Source: Phoronis australis
Lineage: Eukaryota; Animalia; Phoronida
Direction of reading: 5' to 3'
DNA length: 64,000 bases
Assembly: GCA_002633005.1 (NCBI GenBank)
Contig: NMRA01000036.1
Span: 186,001 to 250,000 of the forward strand
Shown here: positions 1 through 15,200 of the stretch, one piece after another
Position numbering within the stretch: the stretch's first letter is position 1
How the letters are laid out: the number at the start of each line of letters is the position of its first letter
Translations under genes and position numbers: made by a program
The notes under the pieces: generated by a model
Databases searched by the model: none
What the model was told of the DNA's origin: nothing
What the model saw: the letters and a program-made list of their open reading frames with translations, nothing else

Positions 1-89
1 TGACCGAGGGATTTTGTGCCGACAAGATTGGGATGAACAATTTTTTGGGGGATATATGTCAAACATAAAGAGTTCAAATAATTACCCAC

Positions 90-247
90 CTTGTCAAAGA
101 GAGGCTGGTGATCATTCACATTTTCAACAGTTACGTAAATTGTCGCCGTTGCTGTTAATGCAGGTTGACCGTTATCAATTGCTTTGACAACAAAAAATGT
201 GGAGCGCTCTGTCTCGTAATCCAGGGGGCGCCTCGTTGTTACAACAC
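90..247 (-). CDS. Gene A coding exon 22 (EC9 C-terminal half)
   Basis: cag|GVVTTRRPLDYETERSTFFVVKAIDNGQPALTATATIYVTVENVNDHQPLFDK|gtggg; missed by the ORF track. Confidence 0.9.
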
Positions 248-3200
248 CTGCAATCCAAAACAATTGGCTCATTAAATACATTCAGAAGTTAATGTGTAAT
301 TTGACAAAACGTGATGCTCTTTTTGTAGACTCTTTAGATGACACTGGTTAGTTTGGGGAACTTACCTAGCATAGAATTTTAGAGCCAACGTTGAGCAGCA
401 AAGTGTAAGCAAACATATCTGAACTTGGCAAATTAATGTTACCACACACTGGTAGGTCCAAAACCAATATTTTGAGTACTCTGTATTATACTTTAACCCA
501 TTTGGCAGTTTGTGTACCCATCAGGTACTTCAAATAAATGGTATTTATAAATTTTACTGCTGTTTAGCTGTGAATGTTGAATTCTTAAACAAAGTGGTTT
601 GTGGTTTACAACATCACCCGTTCATCCAATCTTGGAATTGTTGCTGAATGAGGCAGCTACTCAAGTCACAGGCAATGTAATTTTAGGGTTGACCAATGCC
701 AATGAAGTAAGAAGCATTTTCCCAAGCAGCCGATGGTTCCAATGGTCTTGCTGGTAATGGCAATAGAATTGTAGTTGCAGAAATATGAGACGGCTGTTAG
801 AAGAATGAATGCCCTAATTCAATTTTCATTTTTAGTCAGCTCAGTAAACAGGGTAAAATGCATCTTTAAACTTATGTTGTTTGAGTGTGTGTACTTACCT
901 GTTGCAGGATCAATGTTAAAATGTCCACCAGGATCTTGTGTGATAACATATCTGGTGACTATTCCATCTGGGTCTTGAGCAAGCAGAGACTTGACCACAG
1001 AGCCCGGGGCTAGATTTTCACGCACGGTGATATTGTACTGGGGAATGGACAGCGTCCAAGGGGCCACAAACTCAGGTGGGTAAATATTCACCTGAGTGAT
1101 TACAAAAATGATGGACCCTGGAAGAAACAAAGTCTGTCATGAGCAGATTCAGAATTCATCTGACATATGACCGGAATTTTGTGTAACTGAAAGTGTCATT
1201 TGACTCTTTTAACTTCAAATTAACTTTATTTTAAAAATCTACTGTTGACATGTTCTACAGCAAAACTATTAACAAAAAAACAATGGAAATTATGTATTGA
1301 GCGTATGCATGAAATTATGTATTGAGCTTAAGCTTGATTCTCAGAAGCCACAAACTATGTAATTTTTAGAAGTATGATGAAAAACATCTCACCAATTTAT
1401 ACCCAACTAGTTGTTTTGTTATCCATTCCGGGAAGACTGTACATGAATTTTAATTTGTCCTAGTGTCACAATGCTGGGATCAGCGATTTAAAACTTGTTG
1501 AAGCATGAAAGGAACATTGATTTCTGTTCATGATTATTACTTTCAAGAGCAACATCTAATTTTATAACACAATGGTGAGAAGGCGTCAAATCTTTTCACT
1601 TTATTGTACAACAATAAAAAAGTCGACTTGTGAAATAACACAAGTTAACACATGGTTATAATGAGGTAGGTTGAACCTCAGTTTTGGTTTTACCATTGAA
1701 TACTTCTTTTTATCTTTATTTGAAATTTCAAATTAATGTTCAACTAGCTGCAATATGCTCACCAACTCCTGTCTGTATTGGGTTGGCAGAATTATCATAT
1801 GCATTGATGTCATACTGAATGACCTGCGCCTTGTTGCGGTTCAAGGCTCCACTGACTCGTACCACTCCAGTCGTTGTTTCAATGGAGAAGACATTCTGGA
1901 AAAAAAGTTATAATTGAACGTAATGAGCAAAATTTAACTATGTGCCACTTTATTGTTTAATTCCTTTCTCATCCCCCCTTTTTCTGCATTTGGACTATTC
2001 CTCAATTCTTGTGTGGTGTTGTCATACCACATGATGTTGACAAATTACTGGAGCATGCTCATTAATGGTTTGTGTGTAGGATGAAAGTATCGTCTGCTGG
2101 ACTTCCAAAGGTACTTAGAAGAATAACACAGACAATAAAAATACCCAAAGTCTATGTAAGGGTACAATAAATATAGAGGCTGGGGTTGGCCAGTAGTGAA
2201 ATATATTAAATAAACACAGAAAAATCAGGAACCCCAACTGGGGTACAATGAATGATAACATTTTTCCTTAAATATTCACATGCACAAGCAACTTTTTCAA
2301 ATAAAACTACAAACAATACCGTGTTTGTAATTTTAATCAAAAGCTTATTAAATAAGCTTAGTTCAGCTGATTCATTGCTAACACAGACAATAAGCCAACT
2401 GTACTAAAAGTACATTATCAAGACACAATCATATTATTCATATAATAACTCAAAGCTGTATGCTCTTCAGGTCACCAGTGCTTATCACGGATACCACGCA
2501 CTTAATCTTACAATATCAAAGGTTTTTAATAATGCTCCACACACCGTGTAATCGTAGCTGGCTTTGTCCACCTTTCTTCCAGTCAAGTCCCACGCTTGCT
2601 TCTTGGTGCCAGAGATACTATATGTAATGTTGGCGCCAGTGTCAGGATCTTTGGCAGTCATTGTCACCACATAGTCACCAACAGGCTTATCTATAACACC
2701 ATGGTAACACTATAACACCATGGTAGCACCATGGTAACACTACAACACCATGGTAACACCACAACACTATGGTAACAAATTAATGCCTTGGCAAAATCAT
2801 TTCAACACAACATCCTAGAAAAAGTTACAAACACCTACATTTTACATTACTCTTTAAATGTTAAGACAGGACAGTAAAACACCAAGCTAAGAGTGGGTAG
2901 TTTGGAAAAATTCCACTTAACAGCCTGTGTTAGATATTTTGGAAAAATTTAGCCAGGACTAAAAGTGGATGCTTGCAATAATGGGAGTGGAGTAATTTGC
3001 TTTTAAGCATGTCGAAACTATTGTTTAAATTATGTTTTTAGCAAATTTTGATATCCACTATTTCTTCATTTTAATGTTCACCTAAGGTCCAGTTTTTGTG
3101 TCATTTGCAGCAATTTTGCTGAAGGCTAATAAAAGAAGATGGGTTTTGAGTTGATGTTCACAAAATTTTGGACGGGCAATTTTGATGCTTTGTAAGAAAC

Positions 3201-6200
3201 CTATTTACTAAAGAAAGAAAAAAAACGTGAGTTTCATTTCTTCGATATCTGCCTGTATTTTAAAATTGATAAAACTATCATCATGATTTGCTTCTTTCAA
3301 AATTGTACGCCATTCTGTGCCAAAGACTGGACTCCAAGAAGCTAAAAATATATGCCGAAAACTTTGGAAGGCATATCCACTGTGACCACCAGTGTTTGAA
3401 AGGGTAGGGTGCACAGTGTGATCTGATACAATAGTGTTCATAGTGGTTTTATTTTGCATTAAACCAATGAGATTGAACAAAATACCAACTTTCAGGTACT
3501 TCCACTTGGATGGTAGGCGGCTGGAAGTAGGGGTCTTTGTTGTTGGCGTCTAGAACAACAACAGTGACGGTGGCGGTAGCTGTGAGGCGAGGGGTGTCGC
3601 CCTGGTCCATGGCTCGCACCTACAGCAGGTACAAATAAAAGGCACATTCAGTCATTTTGTCTTAGAACAAAATTGCTGTTCATCTCCTGCTCAATGATGA
3701 AACCAAGAAACTGCTTAACACTGTCCAAGTGGACTTAAAAATAAGATTGGTAGATATCATTCTGGTTCAATTGAAATGGCCAAATTTTGCAATGGAACGG
3801 CCAACAACCATGTTTTTATGAAATGTTTATTTATCTCGTAAATCTTCTGGATGTTATATGATAATAAAAATGAATCCCTATGACAAAGAAAATTTCACAA
3901 CCTACTGGAATGAATGTGGTCTGGGTTTGATTGTGGTACTTTAGACAATTGGAAAAATGCCGTAATTTATCTATTTTAACTTGATAGTGACCTAACATTC
4001 ATATTAGTTACCCAGTTCATAGACACCCAGTGGCACCTGGTGACATAAATGTCGCTTATTCACACACGACCTCGCCCTATGTTGCATGTGCAGGACATGT
4101 AAACAAACCGTAGACACGAGATAGGACGTAAGACTTCACTATTTCTGCTCATTATTTTATTTTAATTTCAATACAGTAGAGCATTTCTTGAATCATTCCA
4201 ATGTCAAGTGTGTGTGTGTGTATATACAAATGTCTTCAGATAACTTGCTATCACAATTACTATCAAAAATTTGCAAAAAAAGTCAATAACGTATCTCAAA
4301 AAGTCACGAGTCAACTCAAAAAAGACTATAATCACTGTTCAGTGATTCCTGTATCAATATAAGAAAATTGCATACCAGTAGAATATACCGATCCTTAATG
4401 TCGACGTCAAACGTTGCACCCTGCGACACCCGGATGATACCACTGGTACTCCCAACACTAAATTTATCCTCAGCCCCAGTGTACATCCTGTAGGCTATCA
4501 TACCATTGGGTCCTGTGTCCACATCTGTGGCTGACACCGTCACTACTTCTGTGCCTGTAATGGGAAAAGTTTTGTTTTCATGGGATTATATTTGATTGCA
4601 TCTATACCTGTCCAATAACTACTTTAATCTCATTTTGTGGCAATAGAGGTCATTTCCACTTTTAACTCAGTCGGCATTGGTCCTGCATTCCTTACTTAAT
4701 TCCGTTCTTATTAGAGTCACAGTTAAGGTAATACCAACACTGTATCAAAGACTTTTGAAATAGATGTACAGCAAATGTTTGAAAAATCTAGAGCAAATAA
4801 TACTAGTGTGTAAAACACAAAATGCTATTTGGTAAACGAAGAAAGTCAAATAAATACTTCAAACTGTAGTGATGCAGATCTGTAGTACAGAGCCATCAGC
4901 ATAATGTGTGCGTGTGCGTGCGTGTGTGTATGCACGTATGTATATATCTGAGTATATGTGTGTATATGTGTGCATGTATGGGTGGATGGGTGAATGAGTG
5001 AACAGTTTATATTTTATTGATTGATTAGACTGTCAGTTGCCAAAATCTACTCTTTTAATTTAAGTGCTAATAAAAAGTTAGTGAATTTAAAAAGTTAAGT
5101 ATATGTGAGTGAAAGACCAGGAGGTCTGTAGCAATAAGCAGTGTGAGGCATAAAATTCACGAGCATAGCTGAACTCTCTCCTCTGTACACCTAAAACATT
5201 TAATTTGCGAGTTTTAACACGAAAAAGTTCTTAATAAGAATATGTATATTCTTGTCTTGAATGCATTTATTTCTGTCACTTCAAAGCCATTGTAGTCCAG
5301 AATTGTGAGTTAAGACCGAGGAAAAATTGCAGAAAAACTGCTTTTTTGAGGAGATTTTGGCCTCAAATGAAAAATGTTGAAGATTTCACAGTTTTCGACA
5401 GGTCTAAACTGAAGGCATGATGAAATGACTGAAGCTCAGCAGATATATGAACGGGGAATACAGTCACTGTTGAGTAGCGAAACAGAGTAGTATGAAACAA
5501 CAAAACTAGAAAAACTGAAGTTAAAGTTTAAGCAATAGATACCACACAACACGTACACACAATTATGAGTTGCTTATTCAAGCTTTTAAGAACAAACACT
5601 AGATTTTTGAAGTGTATCAGGATCTATATTGTATAAAGCAAGTTAGTTTCTAACGGCAGGTTGAAATACTTTTTGATTTGCAGAAAGGATTCAAAACGCC
5701 AAAAAATACTGTAATCATAAAAATAACACGGGCTGGGTTTCCTATGTGACTCAAGCTTTTAGCAAAAATTTTACGCAAACTTGATGGAAACACAAACACA
5801 GTTTTTTCCCTAAACTGTGAAAATAAACTCACCCTCATTTAATTGACAATGTCCTCTGAATCTCACAAGTCTAATTGCAGACATTTACTGGCAATTCTCT
5901 GTGTATTTCACACAATAAGCAGTCAGTGCAGTAATTGCTTGATTATGTCACACAAAAGTAATTGGCAAAATTGTCATTTTTCTACTTTTCCAACTTGAAA
6001 GTAACTACCTTCAAGTTGCTACAAGTTGTTGAGAAAATTGCCATCAAATTCCATTCATCTTCCGTGTTGTGTGCTGAAGAAGTGAAGATTTATTGAAAGT
6101 GGCTATGAAACTAATGGAATTACGTTGTCAAATTCCTTGAAATTGTCTTGATGAAGTTTGAATTTAACAGTTTGATTTGTCATGGTGCATTGAAATTACA

Positions 6201-9200
6201 GATGTTAAAACAACATGTAATTTGCTGTTCAGAAGCCATTTCGGGCTTAGGTCAGTCAGCTACTGAATACATATTCAGGGGCAAAGTAAGTAAACACAAG
6301 TGTGTGTGTGTGCATATCAAGCATACTAAATACAGAAATCTTGCAAGCAAAGATACACGTCATCTTTGAGTTCACTCAATCATACCAAACGTGAATTCAA
6401 TTCTTACCATTAATACGACCTAGAAACAATGAAAAAGTCATGAATGATGTCAAACAAGATATTTCTGTAGGGTCAAAAACCATAGTTGGTTCTAGTGTAT
6501 GTTTTTGAAAACTGAATGCAGTGTAGTAAGTTTTAGATTTTGAAAACCTTGCTCGCATGGATTTTTGTGTCCTTCCAATTCAAGACAGCAGCTAAAACTG
6601 ATGTGGGGGGAGATTTTTTTAATTAGTAGTGAGATGCAGGTTTCAAAATGAGTGGAGGTACAATCCAAAACCAACTTTACTTTTTGGCCAAACAGGTAGA
6701 GCTGCAGCAGCTGCTATAAACTTAACAATTAAAAGCAAAGATTACAGTGTCATGACTAACAGGGATGCACTCGGTTTTAGGGTAAAAATATTTGCATTTT
6801 TGGGATAATTGTTTGGTGGGATAGACTTCATGAAGTGTTAAACTTTGTCCAGAGCTATAAAACAACACACTGTTGTGTTCAATTCTCGCCATTGGCTGCA
6901 AGTCATTCACAGAAACGAGTGCAATGACCTAACCAATATGCTTAAAATACTTGTCTAGTTGTCAAGTGGGGTTTAGCTTAATCTGCTAGACAAGCATCAA
7001 ACTACGACTGCTGAGGTCGTGAGTTTGAGAACTCATGGAGGCTGATCTGAAGAAACAATTTTATGGGCCATTGTGTCATGCCAGTCATGACGTTCGTTAC
7101 CTTGCTGAATGTCCTCTCTGATTTCAGCATAGTAATTCCCGCCCTGTAGGAATCGTGGTGCATTGTCATTTTGATCCTGAAATCAAAGAAATATAACAGT
7201 GATAATAATAATCTAGTATTAAGACTATTACTGCAACTCTATTTTTTGGACTTAGTAATCGAAAAAGTGCTTTCCATCGGTAACCTCTGAAATCATATTT
7301 ACGATAACTTATACTTACTATATAAAGGCCTATATAACGTAATTTACATTTACAAATGAAATATTTACAACATAAATACTTACAATAAATATAATTATGA
7401 TAGTTACAATTACATTTTTCAAGAAATATGTTAACATTTAAATTCAATATCATATATACAATTATATGTATCATATGCTGAACATGATTCTGTGTGCATG
7501 GAAATTCTCAAATCTGTCAATTAGGAGAGATCAACTTTGAAACATCAATCTGCTGAATGTTAACATATTTTTGTCACATACAATTAATTTTTGCACTGCG
7601 CGTAAGTATCATAAATTCTCTCTTGTTTGCCAGGTATTGTTGTTAAGTGCCCATAGATGTCACTTATGTTTGATTGTGTCACGTAATTTATCAACAGCTT
7701 TTTTGTCATCACCCATCACGACAGTTGATTTTGTTACTTTTTGCATACTTTATTTTGACAGTGTGGACCAAGCAAATAAGGAGTTTCTTAATCATGTCGT
7801 TGGTAAATTTGCCAAAGTAAAAGTTCACTCGTCTGTCACATAAAGTGCTAAGTAAGATGATTTAATGTGAGTCTTTAATTGATGTCTCAGTGCACCCTCT
7901 AAAATAGCTAGAAAAGACCAAAGACCCCCCACCCACCCTCGTTGTATATTTAATTATTAAGTTCTGAAGTTTGCAAATGGAGCTTACCTACTTATTTCCC
8001 AGGTTGTAAACATTAAATCCTTTGTACCTGAAGCCTACCTGGTATGTAGAACACCCTGAGTTGCGTAATCCTTTACAGACAAAGCTTAGTTACTAAAATG
8101 AACATATTGATTCCCTTATAAATCAAACCTACTTACTATGACTGTGATCTTCACATTTGCAGGTACTGTTCTCTGCCCATCAGAAGCCTGCACTGTATAT
8201 TGGTAACTGAAAGCAAGTAGCAAAATGAACTGTCTTGAAAATACAGTAAAAATACAAGAAAAAAAATGTGCAAGTTAATTTCACGTATAGCCTGTGGTGA
8301 TTCACAGGATATGTTTGATGATAGGATACCATATCTATAAACGAACATTACAGTGACTTCAAATGTAAAACAAATGAAAAAACATATAGAACCACAAAAC
8401 AAATATATAATTTATTAAAAATAATAAATTCAGCAAGATGAGTAGAGTGACAGAAAACTGGCCATCAAGATTACATGAAAACTAAAACATAGAAAATAAA
8501 ATAATATTCATGAACAAATACAATGAAGTAGCGTACTTCATATTGGTACTGGTGCTACATGGCCTAAAAGATGGCCCAATTTGATGTTTAACCCCAATCT
8601 CACCAATTTTGGACAAAGAATTGTCAAAATTGTCCTTTTTCAAGGTTTTAACATTGCTGTGGATGCATGCAGTTTTTTCAAAACGGTGTCTTGTGGTAGC
8701 TAAAGTACAGGATTTGACTTTAGTGAAAGGACATCTTTTGATTAAAAAAGATAAAATAAAATTTCACTGGTCTTCCGTACTGTGTCGTAAATTAGTGAGA
8801 TTTTACCACATAAGACAAAACTAAACCTGAGATACATAAATTAGGAACAAATGGAGTGAGAGACAGACAAGGAGAAACACAAACAACAAAATGTAAATAA
8901 CCATAAAGTATTAAACAAAAACAACTGCGTAACATGAAGGAAAAGACAAAATGGTGGGTGGGAACGAGTATTACAGAAAAGCAAACAAACACTGGCCATA
9001 AAGTGATGGCCAATATAGAATTGACGCAGACAAAGAACTGGATGAATTATGGAAATACAGCATCACACGACTTCCGTAGACAAAACAACAGCACACTAAC
9101 GTAGCATAGAAATACAATCAAAGATAGTCCCAATAAAACATTTAACGAATTAAATTATTTTTAGTAACATTTCGAAAATATCATTTAGGAACTAATGCTG

Positions 9201-12200
9201 CACTACAATTACGATTGCCTGGTGGACAGTGAGGGCAATGAAACTTTCAGATATTGGTAAAGCAGTGTACAAACTAAAAATGGCGCAAGAGTTGGGGGTC
9301 ATGATTTTGAGAATTTGTAAAAGAACTCAGAATGGTACTAAAAGCAAATATCACCTAAGCCACACATCTAAAACGTTTGATCACAAACTCAAGACTAATA
9401 TACACCTAGAAGGTGAAAGGATCAATCGACATCTTTTACCGAATGTTAGTCAAAACCTTTCACATTGTTTACCTTCCGTCAACGCTGAAAGAGCAGTCGT
9501 ATAACTTAACATGCATTTAAATGTTACCGTCAGCCAATGAGAACATGACTGAGAGAAATACTGAGAACAACTTTTGTGCATAACTCATGTCATTCCTTTG
9601 AAATTAACATTATGCATAATTATCAATTTGCATATTAACTTGATGATGTTTCCGACTGGGTCCATTTTGGGCTTAGAGTAAGTAAGTAGTCCGCATAGTG
9701 ACTTAGAATTTTACAGATCAAATTAGGGGCGTTGTTCACCCACAACAGACTTTTTGAAATTGATATGCAAGGCCAGTGAAAGCAGTTAATTCTTTGTGAG
9801 CCCTGCTCTTCAGTGCCGTCCACAGACTTACCCTAGAACAAGCTACTTCTGGAACGAGTAGTCGAGTATTGTATGGACGCCGTTTAAACTAGCTCAACTT
9901 AGCCCACTTGTGACAACTTACTCCACCTTATCGAGGTGGCGTTATTTGTTATAGTAAGAGTAACTTGCGCAACTTCTAATTCCTGTTTGGGCAAGGCGTA
10001 AGTAACTATGAGCAGTGGTTACATAAAGGCAGGCTTTGGTTTGCGTACCACACTTGCATTAAGTGTTCATTGTCATGCACAGAGCTACAACTTCCACCTT
10101 ACCTTAAGTATCAGATAGGTGTGTGTGGACTCTCTACTCAAAGGTGGGGTAAGTTGCACTAGGTGTAAGTTGCTCTAGGGTAGGCTGTGTGTGGACCAGA
10201 CTTTATTTATACAAGACTGCCCCAGTTGGACTGTGCATGTAAATACAGCTTAAAAGAGTTTAAATATCGTCCTTGCTGAGATTTTATCTGCTTTATTACC
10301 CCATGTGAGTTTAGAATAGCGAAGCCCCAAATGCCCCGTGGAAACAGTGGAATCACTGACAGAAGTCTTTCCAACAAATGCAAAATGTAATAAGGAAACA
10401 AATAAAAAAGGTCACAAGCACAATTCTCAAAAATTCAGTAAACTATGTGATTAAGCATACTTGAGTTAACTCAACAAAATAAAATTAGCAAAAATATAAA
10501 TAAAAGTTCAGTTCATTAGTTATTAGCATTCAAGAAATGAAACACATTAAATCATAGACAGAAATTGTCACGCTGACATTCCTCGCACCTATTTAATGAC
10601 TTTCCATTAACGATTTTCTCTTTTCCTATAATCTGTTCCATATTCTTTAAAATTCAACACACTTCATTTAATATTAGAACAACCGAGTCCTTTAGTAATA
10701 CTCACTAGCCTTGACCATTGGGTGTCTTCTCATAATCAACAGGCTGAGTGGCTGAAATCAGTCCTGTAGTGGGGTTCACTTTGAATAACGTAGTTGGAGT
10801 CACAAATGAGTAGGTGATCACTGTGCTGACACTGTCCACATCCTTGGCCTGCAGGATACAATGAATGGAGAAGTTGTTCATTTGGTAAAACAATTTCTTT
10901 TGGGTACCTTACTTTACACAGAACCCTTACATAAATTAATGCATTTTATTTTTGGACATGGGATGCCAGATTGGAGATAAGTAAGTTAAGTGTTTTTTTA
11001 TGTCAATTGATGTTGGATAAAATGTTGACTTCTTTGCCAGGGCTGGTTGCATGAAACTTTGGGATTTGTGCACACGATAAATCTGAATTTTGTATATCAG
11101 ATGCATCATTCAAATAGAAACTTGGCGTGTGATTATGCGAGGCCATAGCCATCCAGTGTTTAACTTTTATGCAACCAGGCTCAGAACTTTCACATTCTTT
11201 ACATCACGTTACATTGTAGAATGATAATGAAGTTTGATGCAAGAATATTTGATTTGCATTAACATGATATTTAACAAAATGATAACGAGAAATAATGAGC
11301 AGGGATATTCCTCACCAGGTTTGAACCTGTGCCCTTTGGGCGCACCTGATGATAAAAAGTGTGCCTTTTTAAAAAAGTTGTGCCCAGCTGACTTAGTGTA
11401 ATTAAACTGATAACATATGAAACAGAAACCCCAAAGGCAATCAAATAAATGTTTTACCCGACTGACTGTATGTTGACTAGAACCATACGCTTTTGGAAGA
11501 GTGTTGCGTTTTTGATTTGCAGGAAGGATGCACTGCTGCAATGTACTTGTGCCTTTTTATTTTTTATGCGCTAATGGCACAAAGGCCCAGTCCAGAAATA
11601 TCCCTGTATGAGAAAGTTTGTGGTGCACAAATATAGTACTGCAACCATGATGTTGAAACTAAACTTCACAAAAGAGTGGCCTTTTTCATAGAAGCTCCCT
11701 ATACAAACGAGTTTCCTTTTTCATACTGTCAAAAATAGATGAGTATCACCACCCTATGATTCTCTAAGATTGAAGGGTATACGTATATCCCAGCAGCATG
11801 CCCGTCAAAAATATTGTCAAGTACACCCTATGATGCTTTGTGACTTTACCTGGATAGGCAGTACAGGTGCCAACACAGTCTGGCCCTCATATACGGTGTA
11901 CTCGTAGTTGTCCAGGTCAAACACAGGTGAGTTGTCATTGACATCCAACACCTGAATAGTGAGCGGTACAAAGCTGTCTTGCTTGTCCGTGAAATTCTGA
12001 CCCTCACGGTCCTCGGCACGCACAACCAGGCTATAGCTTTTTTTCTGCTCGTAATCGATACAGTTTCCTGAGCCAGGAGTAGGGCATGCCTTCACTGTCA
12101 CCAGGCCACGCTTGGAGTCAATTTCAAATCTGTAATGAAGATTAACTTTTTTTGTGAGTATTTATTTTGTTTACCTGTCCATTACGTGGCAGAATCCTAT

Positions 12201-15200
12201 TAGGAATTTCAGGATCCGTCCCTTGGTATCTTGAACTTGGTCAGTTGATAAACATTTACAAGAAGCACGGGACACAGTAACAGCTCAAAGTATCACAAAG
12301 ACTGATTTGTGTGAAGCAGAGCAATTGGGATTCACATTGATTTTCATAAAAAACTCTTCTAAGTGTGGAAGTATTAGCATGGGTGTGGCTGGATATAAAG
12401 ACTGCTGGGAAGAATTAAAAGAATAGAATATTATCTGCATTTGCAAACTGCTCAAAATTACTCAATACAATCAAACTAAAGTATTGTAATAAGTTCTGAA
12501 CCGTAATCTTTTTTGGAGTTCTTACGCTCGAGCAAAAGAAGGCCCATCAAAGGAATCTTGTGTGAAAATATAGGACAGCCACCAACAGAAACTCCGCCCA
12601 TTTCACAGCACCTTGCACATTATGAATAGATTTGTACCGCTGTAAAGCCTGTATATCAGGAACACTGATCTGAGACCCTTTTGCTTAAAGTATATCATTA
12701 ACAAACATTCATGGCAATAGTGCACATTTGGCAAAGCAGTTTTCTCTACTAGTTATCAAAATGCAGGATTCCTGTAAGTGAACATGGCAAAACACTCAAA
12801 TGATAGATTTTGGTCTAAAACTGGTGGTTTTTCGAACTTTGTGACAAGCGAAACTGAAACTGAATTCCTGAAATAAATGAAAACGTTAGAATTAGATTCT
12901 TACTCAAAGAAATATTAGTAATAGTAAAAGTTAGCCAAAACAGATGCATTAGATTTCGGTTCACTATAGTGATGAAATTAGTTCCATTTGGTTTTAGCAA
13001 CTCTTTGAACCATGGTAGATAATTGGCCTTCAAGTGGTAATACCACACAAAGAACCAAAGGAATGCTTAACATGGACTGGATTTAGGCTTGGAAATCCAC
13101 TGTTTGGAGTTGAAACGAAACAGTTTTTTGTAATGCAGAAAATAAAGGCATTTCAACTTTGCAGCACTCACCAACATGACAAGACACAACAACAAAAAAG
13201 AAAAAAGACTAGAAGGAGAGAAACGAACTTACTTATCAGCTCCGTTTCCAAGGAGGGAATATCTAATACCAGCTGATCCCATGGTTCCTGAGTCAGGGTC
13301 AGAAGCCTTGAAACAAAGATTAGAACAATGACAGGAACGGGTTTCATAAAAGTGCTTTGAAATGGTGACGAAGTCAGTTAAACATCATGCCTTATGATCT
13401 CTTGGTCAACTAACATCAATGATTCAAACTCCGATGTCTACCAGGAAAAATAAAATTCAAGTACAACTACCATGAATGCATCAGATACTTGTGCTAATTT
13501 TTTTAAGAAAGCGGAAACGCCTGAAGATGGTTGACCTAAACGTTGTACCAATTAAGGCTTGAGGTTGCTGTAAATATGATGTTATTAATCGAAAAAGGAA
13601 GCTTTCACTAAATCAAGCTGTTGGTGACGATTTTGTTACTAAGACCAGTATTGGTACTGTTACTGGAAAAATTTTGCTTTCATTTTACTACGCTATTTGA
13701 ACAAAAGTTCTAAAAAAGGACAATAACCCTGACCTTTGACCCAGTTGGGGCTGAAGAAACCAACAATGATTGGAAATGTTAACTCGGTAAAATTCTAATG
13801 ACACAATTCTATCTTCAACACATGGTAAACTAAATGGATTGTAATTCTTATGGCACAATTCTACCTACAACGCATGGTAAACTAAATGGATTGTAATAAC
13901 TTTGGTGTATAGAAGATATCACAGGCTTGAGAGCGTTACAATTTTGACAGATTTGTATCACGTAATCATTGACTACGTGCTCAATCCAGCGCAGGTATTT
14001 TTTTACAACTTAATTAGCTGGTCTACGGTTTGAGATCCCTCATGTCACAGGAGCACATTGAATGCCAAATCTTTTCACCGTGTTTGTTAAATCGAACAAT
14101 GTTCTATCCAAATCATAATTTCTTCATCTGTTTTACATCACTTCATCCAACAAAGAACTAAATCTCCGGCAATTGACAGAAAGGAGGGTCAAAGTAGCTA
14201 TACTGCAACATCGCCTAACTTACCGTAATAGAAATAACTGATGTGCCACCAACAGCGTTTTCCCAGACTTGGCTTGTGTATTCATCTTTAAGAAACTTAG
14301 GCTTGTTATCGTTCACGTCCAATATGTTCACAGTGACCGTGGCGGTGCCAGTAAGGCGTGGCGGGGTTGATGTGATTTCACGTGCTTCCACCTACAACAC
14401 AATCATTTTAATAGAAGAGTTTCTCTGAGTTATAAGAACAAAACATTCAGTTCTTTGATAATGAAAATCTCCACATTCTAACATTGTAACGAAAATATTT
14501 TACTTTTAAACTTATATGTTTCAAGCACTGTTCAGGTAATTTAACTATTTCATTGGGACAACACGTCTTTCACACTTAAAAGTGTCAAATGTTTTTATTT
14601 TATTTTGCAACGGTCACAAAAAGTGAGTCGTGTATCGAGGCTAAAAGTTAACACTTCTTTGTTTTCTGTGGTTTATATAATACTGTGGTCAGAATGGAGC
14701 TTATCTAAATGTAATTATTTTTGGATGGCTTAAAAAACCACTTCATGATTCTTATATTATGATCTTACTTTTAATTTGGCATGAGGAACCCAGCACAGGT
14801 AAAAAGGTTACCATCGGATGATGATTGTCCGAAAGCTTGAGTTTGCTAATGCGAACACAATAGCCAATTGAATTCAGTCCACTTAGGTCTTGGTCTGCTT
14901 GGTCGCTTATGTAATCCTTTATGAGACCTCATTTTGTCATGAAAATATACCTGTTACTGTTTGGAGCCCAGCCAGCTGACTCTCTACTGTGTCAGCAGGG
15001 AATGGGGTTATTCAAACTCGTGGTCTCACCAAATTATTGAGGTTTTGGCTTAAATTTTCACTTGTACTAGGTCCGGCATGGATACCTTTGGTCCTCCCAT
15101 GTAGTGCTTAGTGTAAATTTAATATCAAAAAATGCACAAGTTAAAAAAATTAGTGGGTGGTCCGATTCCTTTAAGTTGCAGTGCATCAGGCAATATGGTT

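Noticed and set aside
13518-13546. Hammerhead-like ctgaaga-tggttgacc-taaacgtt
   Set aside because: GAAA is mutated to TAAA, stem II has a 2-nt loop and there is no stem I; at best a dead remnant
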